DNA from: Antedon mediterranea
Taxonomy: Eukaryota; Animalia; Echinodermata
Reading direction: 5' to 3'
DNA: 64,000 nucleotides
Assembly (NCBI RefSeq): GCF_964355755.1
Contig: NC_092673.1
Location: forward strand, 1,426,001 to 1,490,000
Notes under the pieces: model-generated
The model's database searches: none
Told to the model about the DNA's origin: nothing
The model's input: the letters and a program-made list of their open reading frames with translations, nothing else
Shown here: in pieces, positions 40,406-50,677 of the stretch
Layout of the letters: each line of letters opens with the position of its first letter
Numbering within the stretch: position 1 is the stretch's first letter
Program-made: the position numbers and the translations under genes

Positions 40406-41315
40406 TTACAGTACCAACGTGAAAACCAAAATAGGGCACGAGTTCTTAAAGACTGTAGCCTAGATGAATGTTTTCCACATAACCATGAGCTAAGAAAAAT
40501 ATTTAATAGAAACACCATTAAAATCAGCTATAGCTGCATGCCTAATATAGGGTCTGTAATATCGGCCCACAACAAAAATGTATTACGTAATGATATGCCC
40601 TGTGATAACATCAAGCAATGCAACTGTCGAAATGAATGCCCATTAGATGGGAAATGCCTAACCAGTGGTGTTATTTATCAGGCTACAGTAACAACAAATA
40701 GTGATGATAAAGCTGAAACATATGTCGGACTAACCGAAAACACATTTAAATGGTAGATATAACGCACATAATAGTTCATTCCGTAATGTTAAATACAAAA
40801 ACAGCACAACACTTAGCCAGTATATCTGGAAGCTAAAAGATGATAACATAAAGTATAACATTATATGGCGAATAATAAAGAAGTGTAAACCATATTCCAA
40901 TGTTAACAAACGGTGTAATCTATGCTTACAAGAGAAGTATTATATCATATGCAAGCCTGAAACCAGCTCACTTAACCATAGGAACGAATTAGTCAGTGCA
41001 TGTAGACATAGGAGAAAGTTTCTACTAAGGTATCAGTAATTTAGATAATAAGAATTTGGTTAACAATAGACTGTCCAGGAAATAGAGATGTGTTGTACTT
41101 GCTAATTAACATACTATTGTTCACATAAACAGTTTGCCTTATAACTTCATTATAGCTTTTTGTATTCACTTTGACTAGCTGTTTCATGAGTATGAACTCA
41201 ATCTTCAGGTGCTTGGCTCTGAATGATAGTCTAAAACAATAGGCTATTGTATACTTCCTGATGACTCACTTCTATTAAGCACTATGAGACAACTGTGTCA
41301 CTTATGTTTTATATT

Positions 41316-41371
41316 TCACCTGAAGAGTGCGGCCAGCTACATGCTGGTCGTACGAAACAAATTTGTAGTGA
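41316..41371 (+). ncRNA. Type I hammerhead ribozyme in the PLE 3' pLTR
   Basis: tcac-CTGAAGA-gtgcggccagc tacat gctggtcgtac-GAA-acaaatttgt-a-gtga: 11-bp stem II, palindromic stem III, GUA cleavage triplet. Confidence 0.85.
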
Positions 41372-41500
41372 TTAAAACAATGAAGTAACCAAGTTTTCTG
41401 CTGTTATTTTATTTATTTATTTATGCTCTACCTTGGTATTGAGCACTCTATCCTAACGGTCTGATAATTTCAACCTGTATATATATATATACTTTCCAAT

Positions 41501-41545
41501 CTGCAGACAGTACTGTTTCGATCTTATTAGATCTCGTCAGTGCAG
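41501..41545 (-). ncRNA. Type I hammerhead ribozyme (second PLE family, antisense)
   Basis: Minus strand ctgca-CTGACGA-gatct aata agatc-GAA-acagtactgt-c-tgcag; GUC cleavage triplet. Confidence 0.85.
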
Positions 41546-42222
41546 CTTAGGTTTCGAAATGATTTCTGTAATCTATAAATCTGTAAAAATTATATAGAAA
41601 TAAAGAGCCATAATATACTGTATTAACTTGAAAACTGAAATTAATTCTACAGCATGCAGGGCGTAGTTGTTTTCCCTTTGTGGCTGAAACATAACGCATT
41701 AAACAAAAGAACAAAAGCAGCAGTATTTTAACACATTAACACACTCAATTAATAAATGGGACCTATATTTTTGTTACATGAAATAAATTACAATATATAT
41801 TTATATTGTCATGCCGCTAGTCGGTAGATAAAAAAAAAGATTGTAATACTGTAATTAATAATAACTAGATGGTCGTGCCCACAGATGGTTCTCGAATACA
41901 TAATAATTTCAGCGTTAAAAAACTGGCGATTTCAAATATACGTACCGCAGGACAATAATACGTACCGCAGGACAATGATACATGTCGTTTACAGGAACGA
42001 ATAAATAGACACTGTGATTTATGTACTCAACTAAAATTAGCACCCTGGGAATTACTTCCGAAAAAGAAACTTGTCACAAAATGAGACAAATTGTGTAAGT
42101 CAAATTTAAACAAACTTAATTTGTGTTTTGTATGTAACATTAGGGTTGAGGGATGGGGAAGAGGATGGTTGCAAAGAGGAACAATTTTTAAATATATTCT
42201 TTATCCATTTAGTAACGAAATA

Positions 42223-42523
42223 TTAATTGAACTTATTCAACCTTATGTTCCTAAGCGGTCTCTGAGATCTAGATCTGAGTCTCTTCTTGCCCATATATTT
42301 CATACTTCCACTAAGTTTTAGGCCTATGGAAATCGTTCATTTTCTTCGGCATCCGTTTCTCTATGGAATGCGTTGCCTATTGAAATCCGACAGGCTACTT
42401 CCACCAGTGTCTTCAAATCTCTCCTCAAAACCCATCTTTTTAATTTGTAATTTTCTAAATTTTTCTGTCTTTGTAAAGCGCATTGAGGCTTTCAGCATAA
42501 TGCGCTATATCCAGTTATTATTA
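42223..42523 (+). mobile_element. L2-type LINE 3' end fragment
   Basis: YVPKRSLRS…GNRSFS…LWNALP.EIR…FKSLLKTHLF*, then the gtaaagcgc…gcgctatat stem-loop and a (TTA)n tail. Confidence 0.8.
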
Positions 42524-44129
42524 TTAGGTGATCATTTAGAATAAAATGATCACCTATTGTTATTGTATCAAATCTTTATTCTTCTTCTTCTTCTTCTTCT
42601 TCTTCTTCTACTTCTTCTTCTTCTTTCTGTACACTTTTTGTTTAACAAATATCTCAAAAAGTTAAATGTCAATGATTACCAAAATTTCACAATGTCTTTC
42701 AAATACTGTAACTTAGTCCTAATAAGCTTTTCAGCGTGATCACTCATCCGTGACAACACGTATATGCCATTTTGTGAAATCACATTATCAATCATATCTC
42801 CATAATTCATTATCACATATTAATGAAATTCACTACATGTAAACTTCAGGTCAAGGTAAAAAATATTAACAAATAAAAACCTGCGAGTTTCAAGGTCATG
42901 CGCATGAAATCGCGCGTTAAAATTTTAAAAAGCTCAAAATTAGGTTTTGATCAATTTAGAGCATGAATTAGGCCATTTGCGTGTTTCAAAAAATTACTGC
43001 GCAAAAACACGTTTTTGCGCACGCGATTCGTAAAAAGCGTAAAAAATAAAATTTGATGTATAAATCACAATCTACTCACAATCCTTAGTACATTCACCAA
43101 ATTTGAGTCCATTTCTACTTAAAATAGTGCTCTATGAGCACATTACAAATGACAAAATGCACACATTAATTGTACAAAAGTGCTAAAAATGGTAAAAAAT
43201 AAGGCCTTTTTAAAATGAAAATAAATCTTCAGAATGCACGATGACCCCTAAGTTTTTTAACTTATTCGGGATTGAGTTGTAGATATAAATGTATATACAC
43301 ATTAGACGTACAAAATGGTATTACGTCATCAAATGGCCACTTGAATTTAAAAATTAGGATTTTTTCCGTTTTGTGTAGGTTATCACATTCAATAGAGCGC
43401 ATCTCCGCTTTTTGAGCTCGATTTTTGCGCAAATTTCAGTGTGTGCTTGCCTAATTATTTATCTTTCTCATAAGTTGTCAGTGTTTTCATTTTGATGACG
43501 TCATCACGCGTAAAATTTTGAATAACGTAGGTCGTGTAATTTCACCTTCGCCGTAAATTGAATATTTTACAGCTCTTCAGAATTGAACGTTACCTTGATG
43601 ATTATAATTTATTATGAAAGCTGATGAAATGTAGATATGAATTCATATAAAAACCAAGCCTTTCGGATGTTGTGACATTAAAATATGGCCAGATGAAGTT
43701 AAAAAGTAGTTTTTACATCTTTTTCGTCAAAGTTATACAAATTTCAAAGAGCGGGCACAGCGCTTCTACGTGCCAGATTTTTTTCCAATTCTTATATTTA
43801 TTTGCTCAATTCATTATCTTTCGAAATTGTCATCTTTGAGTTTATTTTGATAATTCCATCATACCAAAAAATTAGAACATGATGTGTGTCCCGTAATTTC
43901 ACCTATGCTACACTGTATATAGATATACAGTATATACTGTACATATTTTATATGGCATATAATAGGCACAACTCAGCACTATAAGCGTATGCATCATGTC
44001 ATAGGATGGCGTACATCAACTTTTTACGATCGTATGTTAACGTACATGCATGTTTAAAAAGTGGTAATTTCATTAAAATGATAAAAATGATCACCTATAA
44101 TTCGTCAAAGTGACGAATTAAATTCTAGC
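42524..44129 (+). mobile_element. Helentron-associated (HINE/DINE-like) non-autonomous element, TAGGTGATCATTT subfamily
   Basis: 5' subTIR hairpin taggtgatcattt…aaatgatcaccta, a (CTT)n tract, and a body similar to the 50.7-61.8 kb elements. 3' subTIR aaatgatcaccta, hairpin aattcgtca aag tgacgaatt, CTAG end. Confidence 0.75.
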
Positions 44130-45477
44130 TATTATTGTCTTCATGTTTTACAAATAATATACCACTAAACACAGTAAAACATTGCGATGTAATACTTTGT
44201 TGAAACTATCACCGTCCTAGTCGATTGAAATAGTACAGTACATGTAACGATACATCACTACGACGTGTATATGTTTATATAATGTAAAACAATTTGTGAA
44301 AACCACCTCTATTCGGGGAAAATCATAAATTCGATTTAATCCTCAATAAATATTAAATTATCCAACTCAACTTAATTAGTTAGGCCTAATGGTTTTCAAT
44401 TGTTTCTTAGAGCCAATTCATACTTAAGTTGGTTCCTACCGGGGTTCCTACCCTACCCACCATAAAAGTTGTTCTGCGTTTAGGGCATGTGATGTACCTT
44501 AGGCCTATCCTCTACTGGTTTTACAACGCTACTCATGCCAGTGAGGGAAGGGTGATGATGTGGGTGGTTTAACTGCAATAATAACGATTTGTACATAATA
44601 TACGGCGAGTGAAAACGCTAGCTCATTATCCGTTTAAACAAAATTCATATCCAACCTCTGCAGCACAGATTGAAAAAAAAAATGGATCGAATTTCTGTTA
44701 TGAGTATACAGTAGTACTTGCCTTTACGACGCCTGAGGGAATAGACACTTGTGGAACAGAGATTGGAATGTTCCATTCATCGCAAATCAATACATTTGTA
44801 TAAACGTATATTAAATCTATCAAAATAGTATTTTTTTTAAAAAAATCGGCCTGTCTTCAACATTATGATGCTGTACTTGAGCTGTTCAACCGGTTTTCAG
44901 CCATTAAAAACAATTATCGTAAGAGGAGATAGGAAAATGCGAAGCTTCCTCGTATTATCGTCTGCGGGTATTTTTCAAGACGGACATCCATTAGACAGTG
45001 TATACCACTATTGAAAAACACCCCTATTTGGGGCAAATCGTTGAACCTAAATTCGTTTTAATCGTCAATAACTAATTATCGAACTAAATTTAATTAGTAA
45101 ACAGGGTTACATCAGGTGGTTAAAATCAGTACCGAAAGTACGAACCAACTTTATATACCATCGAGTAAACATTCTAGAAATAACGCGCGATTTACCGAAT
45201 TTTGCCCTTACGTAAATTTATATATAGATAATAATAAAGACTTATACTAATGAAGGAAGCCTCAATGTCCATATAATGTAATAATGTATTCAAACCTATA
45301 TATATATATTTCAGTTTTATTAATAACACTATAAATGATAAAATGGAGGAAAAAATGATGGGACACACATTAAGGCATTGTCAATCAACTAAAATGAGTC
45401 AATGGCGGTCTTATTGTTATCAACATAGGCCTATAGGTATTAGGAGTAGAAGTTATTCATCAATAATGACCACTTTG

Positions 45478-47397
45478 CTAACATTTAACGGACGCGTCTG
45501 TAAAGTTGGTCCACACTTTAAATATTTCAACTGGTGATTTATACGGACCATGGACAACCATGCTCTTTAAAAGATCACATTTATCTGAATCACTATAACC
45601 CCAGTTTTTAAAACCATCATGATGCATTGGGATCACGCCTTCTTCCTCTGCTAAAATTCCTTGAAACGCGTCATCAATTGGTATAAGTGGTGTTTGTAAC
45701 GCTTTTAAATACATCCCGTGGATGACGTCGCTGGATAAGATGTAACCACCACCAGAACAATATGGCGGAAAATATTTCCCACTATACTCCTTGTGAGATA
45801 CGTAATATTTTGATTTTTCTCTTCGTACAATTCGACTGCGGGGTAAGACTGAACCCATGTAGAACTTTTCTAACGCTCTACCTTTCGCTCTAAGATTTAG
45901 TATATAACTGATGATGTTTTCAAAATTAACAAATATATCATCATCCCCTTTAAACATATACTCAGCATTTTGGCAATTTTCTGATACCCATTTTAATCCT
46001 AGAGCGACTTTTAGTGTCAAATTGTGAAAACTTTCAATAAAGTCTGCCTGTATTATATCTCCATATCTAATTTGTTCGTTTTTGACAATTGATTTGTATT
46101 GTTCATCTTCATTTTTTTTTAGTTGGCGTCCCATTACAAACAGAAATCGGATAGCCATCCCGATAACGTTATGAGATTTTGCCCACGTTTTTCTGATTAT
46201 GTCACGTTTACCAACATGCATTGGGAGTGTACTAATAAGCACAATCATAAATATATCTTCTGGTTTACCTTGGTCGTTTTTACAAAGATCAGGACTATTA
46301 ACAAGAAGGTAAAATCCTCTATCAAACAAATCACCATTCGAAACACTATTCGTTTGCATTATTAAATCCACTTCAGAATGTTCACACTTTTTAAAAAATT
46401 CAGGATTGGAAACATTCGCCCACAATTTTGCCGTTAAAAGTGATGTATCAAAACCACGAGCTGTAACAATGTTACGAAATAAACAAGTATCATGGTTTAA
46501 ATTTCTAAGCGTGAATCTTTTATCGTTAATAACTGTTACTCCAGCCTTTTCTGCTAAAATTGAAATGAACACATCTGCAATTGGGATAAAAGTTGAATTG
46601 AACGCTTCTTTCAAAATAATATTTGCACCTTTTTTTGAAAGTATTATTCCAGAATCCAGTGTACAAAATGGCGGGAAATATTTGCGCCCGAACTGCTTAG
46701 GAGATATATAATATTTTGAATTTGGTTCTCGAATTGGCGCGCGATTTGTTATTATATTTCCTGATACAAACGTGGATTCTTTCTTCTTTTTTTTTCCAAA
46801 TATTTTAAAGAAAACATCATAATTGACAAAGTTGTGATCATTCACCATAAAAATAAATTTGGCTTTAGGACAAAATGTTTGTGACCATTTTAATGCCATA
46901 AACGCTTTTAAACTTGATGTCCGGAAGTTGTCTTCAAACCTCCCTTGGAGCAAATCGCCATGATTTTCATTCTCCGTTGAAACAGATTCACCATATTGGA
47001 AGTTCGCATCCCTTCCTAAAATAAATAAAGTAACTATTCGTTTAAGTTTTCCGTGTTTTCCCCAAGATCTTCGAATTGCATTTCTCAAGTCAACATTTTT
47101 AGGACTTGAGTTAATAAATGTTATAGCAAGAACTGATTTACTTCCGTCGCAAATGCTAACACCTTGATCAACTTTCCGTGTCAGCATAATATCTTTAAGA
47201 ACCTTTATGTTTAGCAAGTTCGGCTCAACAGTATTTTCACTTTTACTCAAAATGGTTTTCTCTATTTCAATCGGAGAATTTCTACTCAGTCTTGGTTCTT
47301 CGTTTTCTTCCAAGTAAACCACGAAAAGTACAAATTGTAAAACAATAAAAGATACAATTGCTCCAACACCCCTTTGAATTGCCTTTCGTAATATCAT
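45478..47397 (-). CDS. Second tandem-domain GT31 (beta-1,3-galactosyltransferase-like) protein, 639 aa
   Basis: N-terminal TM; RNAIRRSWG and RDIIRKTWA; ESFHNLTLK, KGDDDIFVN, PPYCSGGGY and IDDAFQG in domain 2; degenerate VNDHNFVN in domain 1. Paralog of 32586-34559. Confidence 0.9.
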   Translation of the reverse strand: MILRKAIQRGVGAIVSFIVLQFVLFVVYLEENEEPRLSRNSPIEIEKTILSKSENTVEPNLLNIKVLKDIMLTRKVDQGVSICDGSKSVLAITFINSSPKNVDLRNAIRRSWGKHGKLKRIVTLFILGRDANFQYGESVSTENENHGDLLQGRFEDNFRTSSLKAFMALKWSQTFCPKAKFIFMVNDHNFVNYDVFFKIFGKKKKKESTFVSGNIITNRAPIREPNSKYYISPKQFGRKYFPPFCTLDSGIILSKKGANIILKEAFNSTFIPIADVFISILAEKAGVTVINDKRFTLRNLNHDTCLFRNIVTARGFDTSLLTAKLWANVSNPEFFKKCEHSEVDLIMQTNSVSNGDLFDRGFYLLVNSPDLCKNDQGKPEDIFMIVLISTLPMHVGKRDIIRKTWAKSHNVIGMAIRFLFVMGRQLKKNEDEQYKSIVKNEQIRYGDIIQADFIESFHNLTLKVALGLKWVSENCQNAEYMFKGDDDIFVNFENIISYILNLRAKGRALEKFYMGSVLPRSRIVRREKSKYYVSHKEYSGKYFPPYCSGGGYILSSDVIHGMYLKALQTPLIPIDDAFQGILAEEEGVIPMHHDGFKNWGYSDSDKCDLLKSMVVHGPYKSPVEIFKVWTNFTDASVKC

Positions 47398-48710
47398 TCT
47401 GTGTTAGTTGTGCTAAGAAATCTGAAACGAGATAAACAGCTGTTTACACCAACATTTCGACAAATGCTTCCTATAGGCCTAATGGTATACTTTTCGACTA
47501 AAAAGTGTAAGTTGTAATGTAAAGATGACACAAAATAGTTAATGCTTTAATTAATGTTTTCATATTAGTGATTCAACGCCCTCCCATGTGTCGAAATAAC
47601 ATGTATAAATGTACAATTAAATGTTGATAAATGTCTTAATAATTTGATTCCTTTCGTCAAATAGTTTTTAATAATTGGAGTTTCACATGTACACATTTGA
47701 CTGAAAAAATGTTAATAGACCCAATACGGGATATTATTAACTTTACTGTGTTCCTCAGTTTCCAGTTAAGCTTGAGGAAAAAATATGAATACGTTTAACT
47801 TTCTTTACCTTTACCTTTCATTTAACTTTACTTATTATTGATGAGCAAAGTCTTAGCAAACTTAGAAATACTTAACTCAAAACTAACCTTAACTGAATTT
47901 AATCCAAATTGGGTCCTTTTCTGTAAGTAATGTCCGAATGCTTTCCTTTTATATTTAAAATATCCGACACGTACAGTAGCATTTGTCGTATTCGATTGGG
48001 AACTTTCGTTGTCAACGTAAAGATTCGTTGAGTACTTTTTGTATTCGAATTGTAAATTTGTGCTCAACAGAAAGTCATTCGAATAGAAACGTTGACAAAC
48101 GAAAGCTTTTTCGTTAAGAACAATCTCAACGCTCAAAATACTCCGTTAAAGAAGTACTCAACGGTGAAAGTCTAAATCGAATACGACAATTATCGATAAA
48201 AACTAAGTGGAATGTCCTACTCTATACAAACGAACACAGTCGTTCCACTTAAAACTTCAATGTGATCAAGATTATGGAACGTTCCAAATGATTGGTTATC
48301 TTGGAAAAAATGTGGTCACTGCGATGAAAAACTGTTTAAACAAGACTATTGACCAAGGATCCACTTTTTGAACAAAAAAAAGTAAATAGGTTCTTGTTTG
48401 TTTTAGTTGGAGTACTTCTCTTAACACGACTCTCTTCATATTTGACTAAGTTTTAAAACGACAACAATGAGGAAATCTGTGAGAATTTCTACCCAGTCTT
48501 GGTTCTTCGTTTTCTTCCAAGTAAAACACGAAAAGTACAAATTGTAGTTTTGATGAAGTTGTTAAGAACTAAATTAAATTTAACCAAGAACACATTGTTG
48601 TTTTGACTATTTTGTTTTGCTTTAAATCTGCTTTAAAATTGTTTGGTGATTCAATTTTGGTCAGAGTGAATAACTATTGTGACAATAAAATGGCATACTA
48701 AACCAATTAT

Positions 48711-48713
<3 letters not shown>

Positions 48714-48797
<84 letters not shown>

Positions 48798-48896
48798 CAA
48801 TGATGTTGCGTAGCACTGTGTAAATTATATATAAATCATACTGTAAATTATAGAAACAGTGCTAATATGAGCACTGTTTCTATAATTTACAGTATG

Positions 48897-48934
<38 letters not shown>

Positions 48935-49017
48935 CACTGTGTAAATTATATATAAATCATACTGTAAATTATAGAAACAGTGCTAATATGAGCACTGTTT
49001 CTATAATTTACAGTATG

Positions 49018-49056
<39 letters not shown>
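48714..49056. repeat. (TA)n microsatellite containing two tandem copies of a ~80-bp perfect hairpin
   Basis: atatataaatcatactgtaaattatagaaacagtgct aatatg agcactgtttctataatttacagtatgatttatatat at about 48826-48906 and 48947-49027. Confidence 0.9.
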
Positions 49057-49058
<2 letters not shown>

Positions 49059-49294
49059 AGGACAATATATCTTTAAATAAATAATTCCTTGGTTATAATA
49101 ATAACAAGAACACCAGATCTCCTGCGATGTAGCTACTTTAAATAATAACAAAGCATTGTTATACATTTTTTTATTAATGTCAAATGACGTATTTTTTTAA
49201 AGGCAAAACTCATGATTGCACCAAAACATGTTATAGGCATAATTACCCACGCGTATTTCATTTATTCATTCCGATTGTAGTTAATAAACTAAGG

Positions 49295-49616
49295 ATTATA
49301 CATGGAGGAAAAAATGTATATTTTTTATATAAAGTTTGCGGTGAACCACGTATAGGCCTATATTAGTTCTGAAAAGAACTGTTGAGTTTCTCGACGTTTC
49401 GATCAATATGCTTTGATCGTCCTCATGAGTGAGAATTCTCACTCCCACTCCTAACCCATTCTCCTGAGGACGATCAAAACATATTGATCCAAACGTCAAG
49501 AAACTCAACAGTACTTTTCAGAACTAATATACGCGTGGTGTACCGCAAACTTTATATCAACATTTGATTTCGCCATGCAAACCTTCAAACAATTAATTTT
49601 TTTCTCCATGATTATA
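49295..49616. mobile_element. Inverted pair of PLE pLTR-like sequences, each with a hammerhead-like core
   Basis: Arms 49329-49429 and 49460-49557 are reverse complements; cores (C/A)TGAGGA-c-gatcaa…ttgatc-(G/C)AAA-cgtc. Confidence 0.7.
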
Positions 49617-50677
49617 ACTTGATAAACTATTAAAAATGTGTAGGCCCTATCTGTTTGTTGTAGGACTATTTATTTTGTATCTGCTTGTTGTTTATATTTA
49701 TTTTAAAGCTCAGGTATAGACAAGAATTTTAAATATAATATCTGGTTAATTGTACATAAATCAAATATTTGTAACAGAAGTCAAGACGAAAAAACATGAA
49801 TTTCCCTTAATATGGTCAAATACAAAATTTGGCAAAATGTTGCCATAAAAACCAGGAAGACTTTTTTTCAGTAGTTAGGTAGTTTAACCTAATGTAATAA
49901 CATGTCTGGTGACTCCCTGGAAGGTGAAAAAAGATGGTGGATATACGGTGGATAATTTTTGCTATAGCATGAAAATAAAAATTTGAAGTTGAATAAAAAT
50001 ACCAGAAATGTAAAATTCAAGTTATATTACCTATATTTAGTCGTCTGATAACATTTTTTACCCCACCGTTTCATTTTCATAGCTTTTTAAAATGCCTCTC
50101 TATTTACAAAACGTGTGTACAAAAGAATAGGGATTTTACTGTGTAATTTAAACTATATACTGATAAGAAAGTGCTTATTTTCAACAAGCTTGTGTAGGCC
50201 TAACACAAATAAAATTCCTAAAATTATGAAACATCGGGGAAACTATAGATCGATAATTATTGGAATGTATGATCAATAGAAATGTTTTTCCCCCGCACCT
50301 CGCCTTTAAGAACGCACCGTATATGGACGTGTGACGTATCACCGTTGTAAAGCAGAGCCATGGCCCAGTATGTTCCTGTTGTTAAGGCTTACACCTTTAC
50401 AACGGTAACACGTTGCTACAGTAGCTAACTATTATCTGTTTACGGAGTTTACACATTAATTTGTTATACAGGTGTATCTCTTATTTCAAATAAAACTTAA
50501 CTCAAAACTAACCTTAATTGAATTTAATCCAAATTGCACTTTTTCTGTAAGTTATAAGAATACTTTTTAATGAAGGAATATTCAAAGAATACCTCCATAA
50601 AAGCAAATCTATTTTGATTTAACACGATTTCGAATGCCTAATAGGCTTATAGTGACTTTATCCTTGAAGTTTTCTAT

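Larger units (their letters stand above)
38828..41477 (+). mobile_element. 5'-truncated, disrupted Penelope-like retroelement (RT plus C-terminal GIY-YIG endonuclease, Naiad-like)
   Basis: [57 protein letters not shown]…YVGLTE.TFK.RY..H, CNLCLQEK and ELVSACRH; stop at 41037-41039. Has frameshifts, an insertion at 39317-40405, and a 3' pLTR with a hammerhead ending in (TA)n. Confidence 0.9.

Noticed and set aside
39271-41260. Selenoprotein-type PLE (in-frame TGA at 39271 plus a SECIS-like hairpin near 41220-41250)
   Set aside because: The TGA follows a frameshift and homology continues in another frame. All conserved Cys codons are TGY, and the hairpin lacks the 3' GA of the SECIS quartet.
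48470-48486. 17-bp match aggaaatctgtgagaat to 38496-38512
   Set aside because: Too short to separate from chance in a 64-kb AT-rich window.
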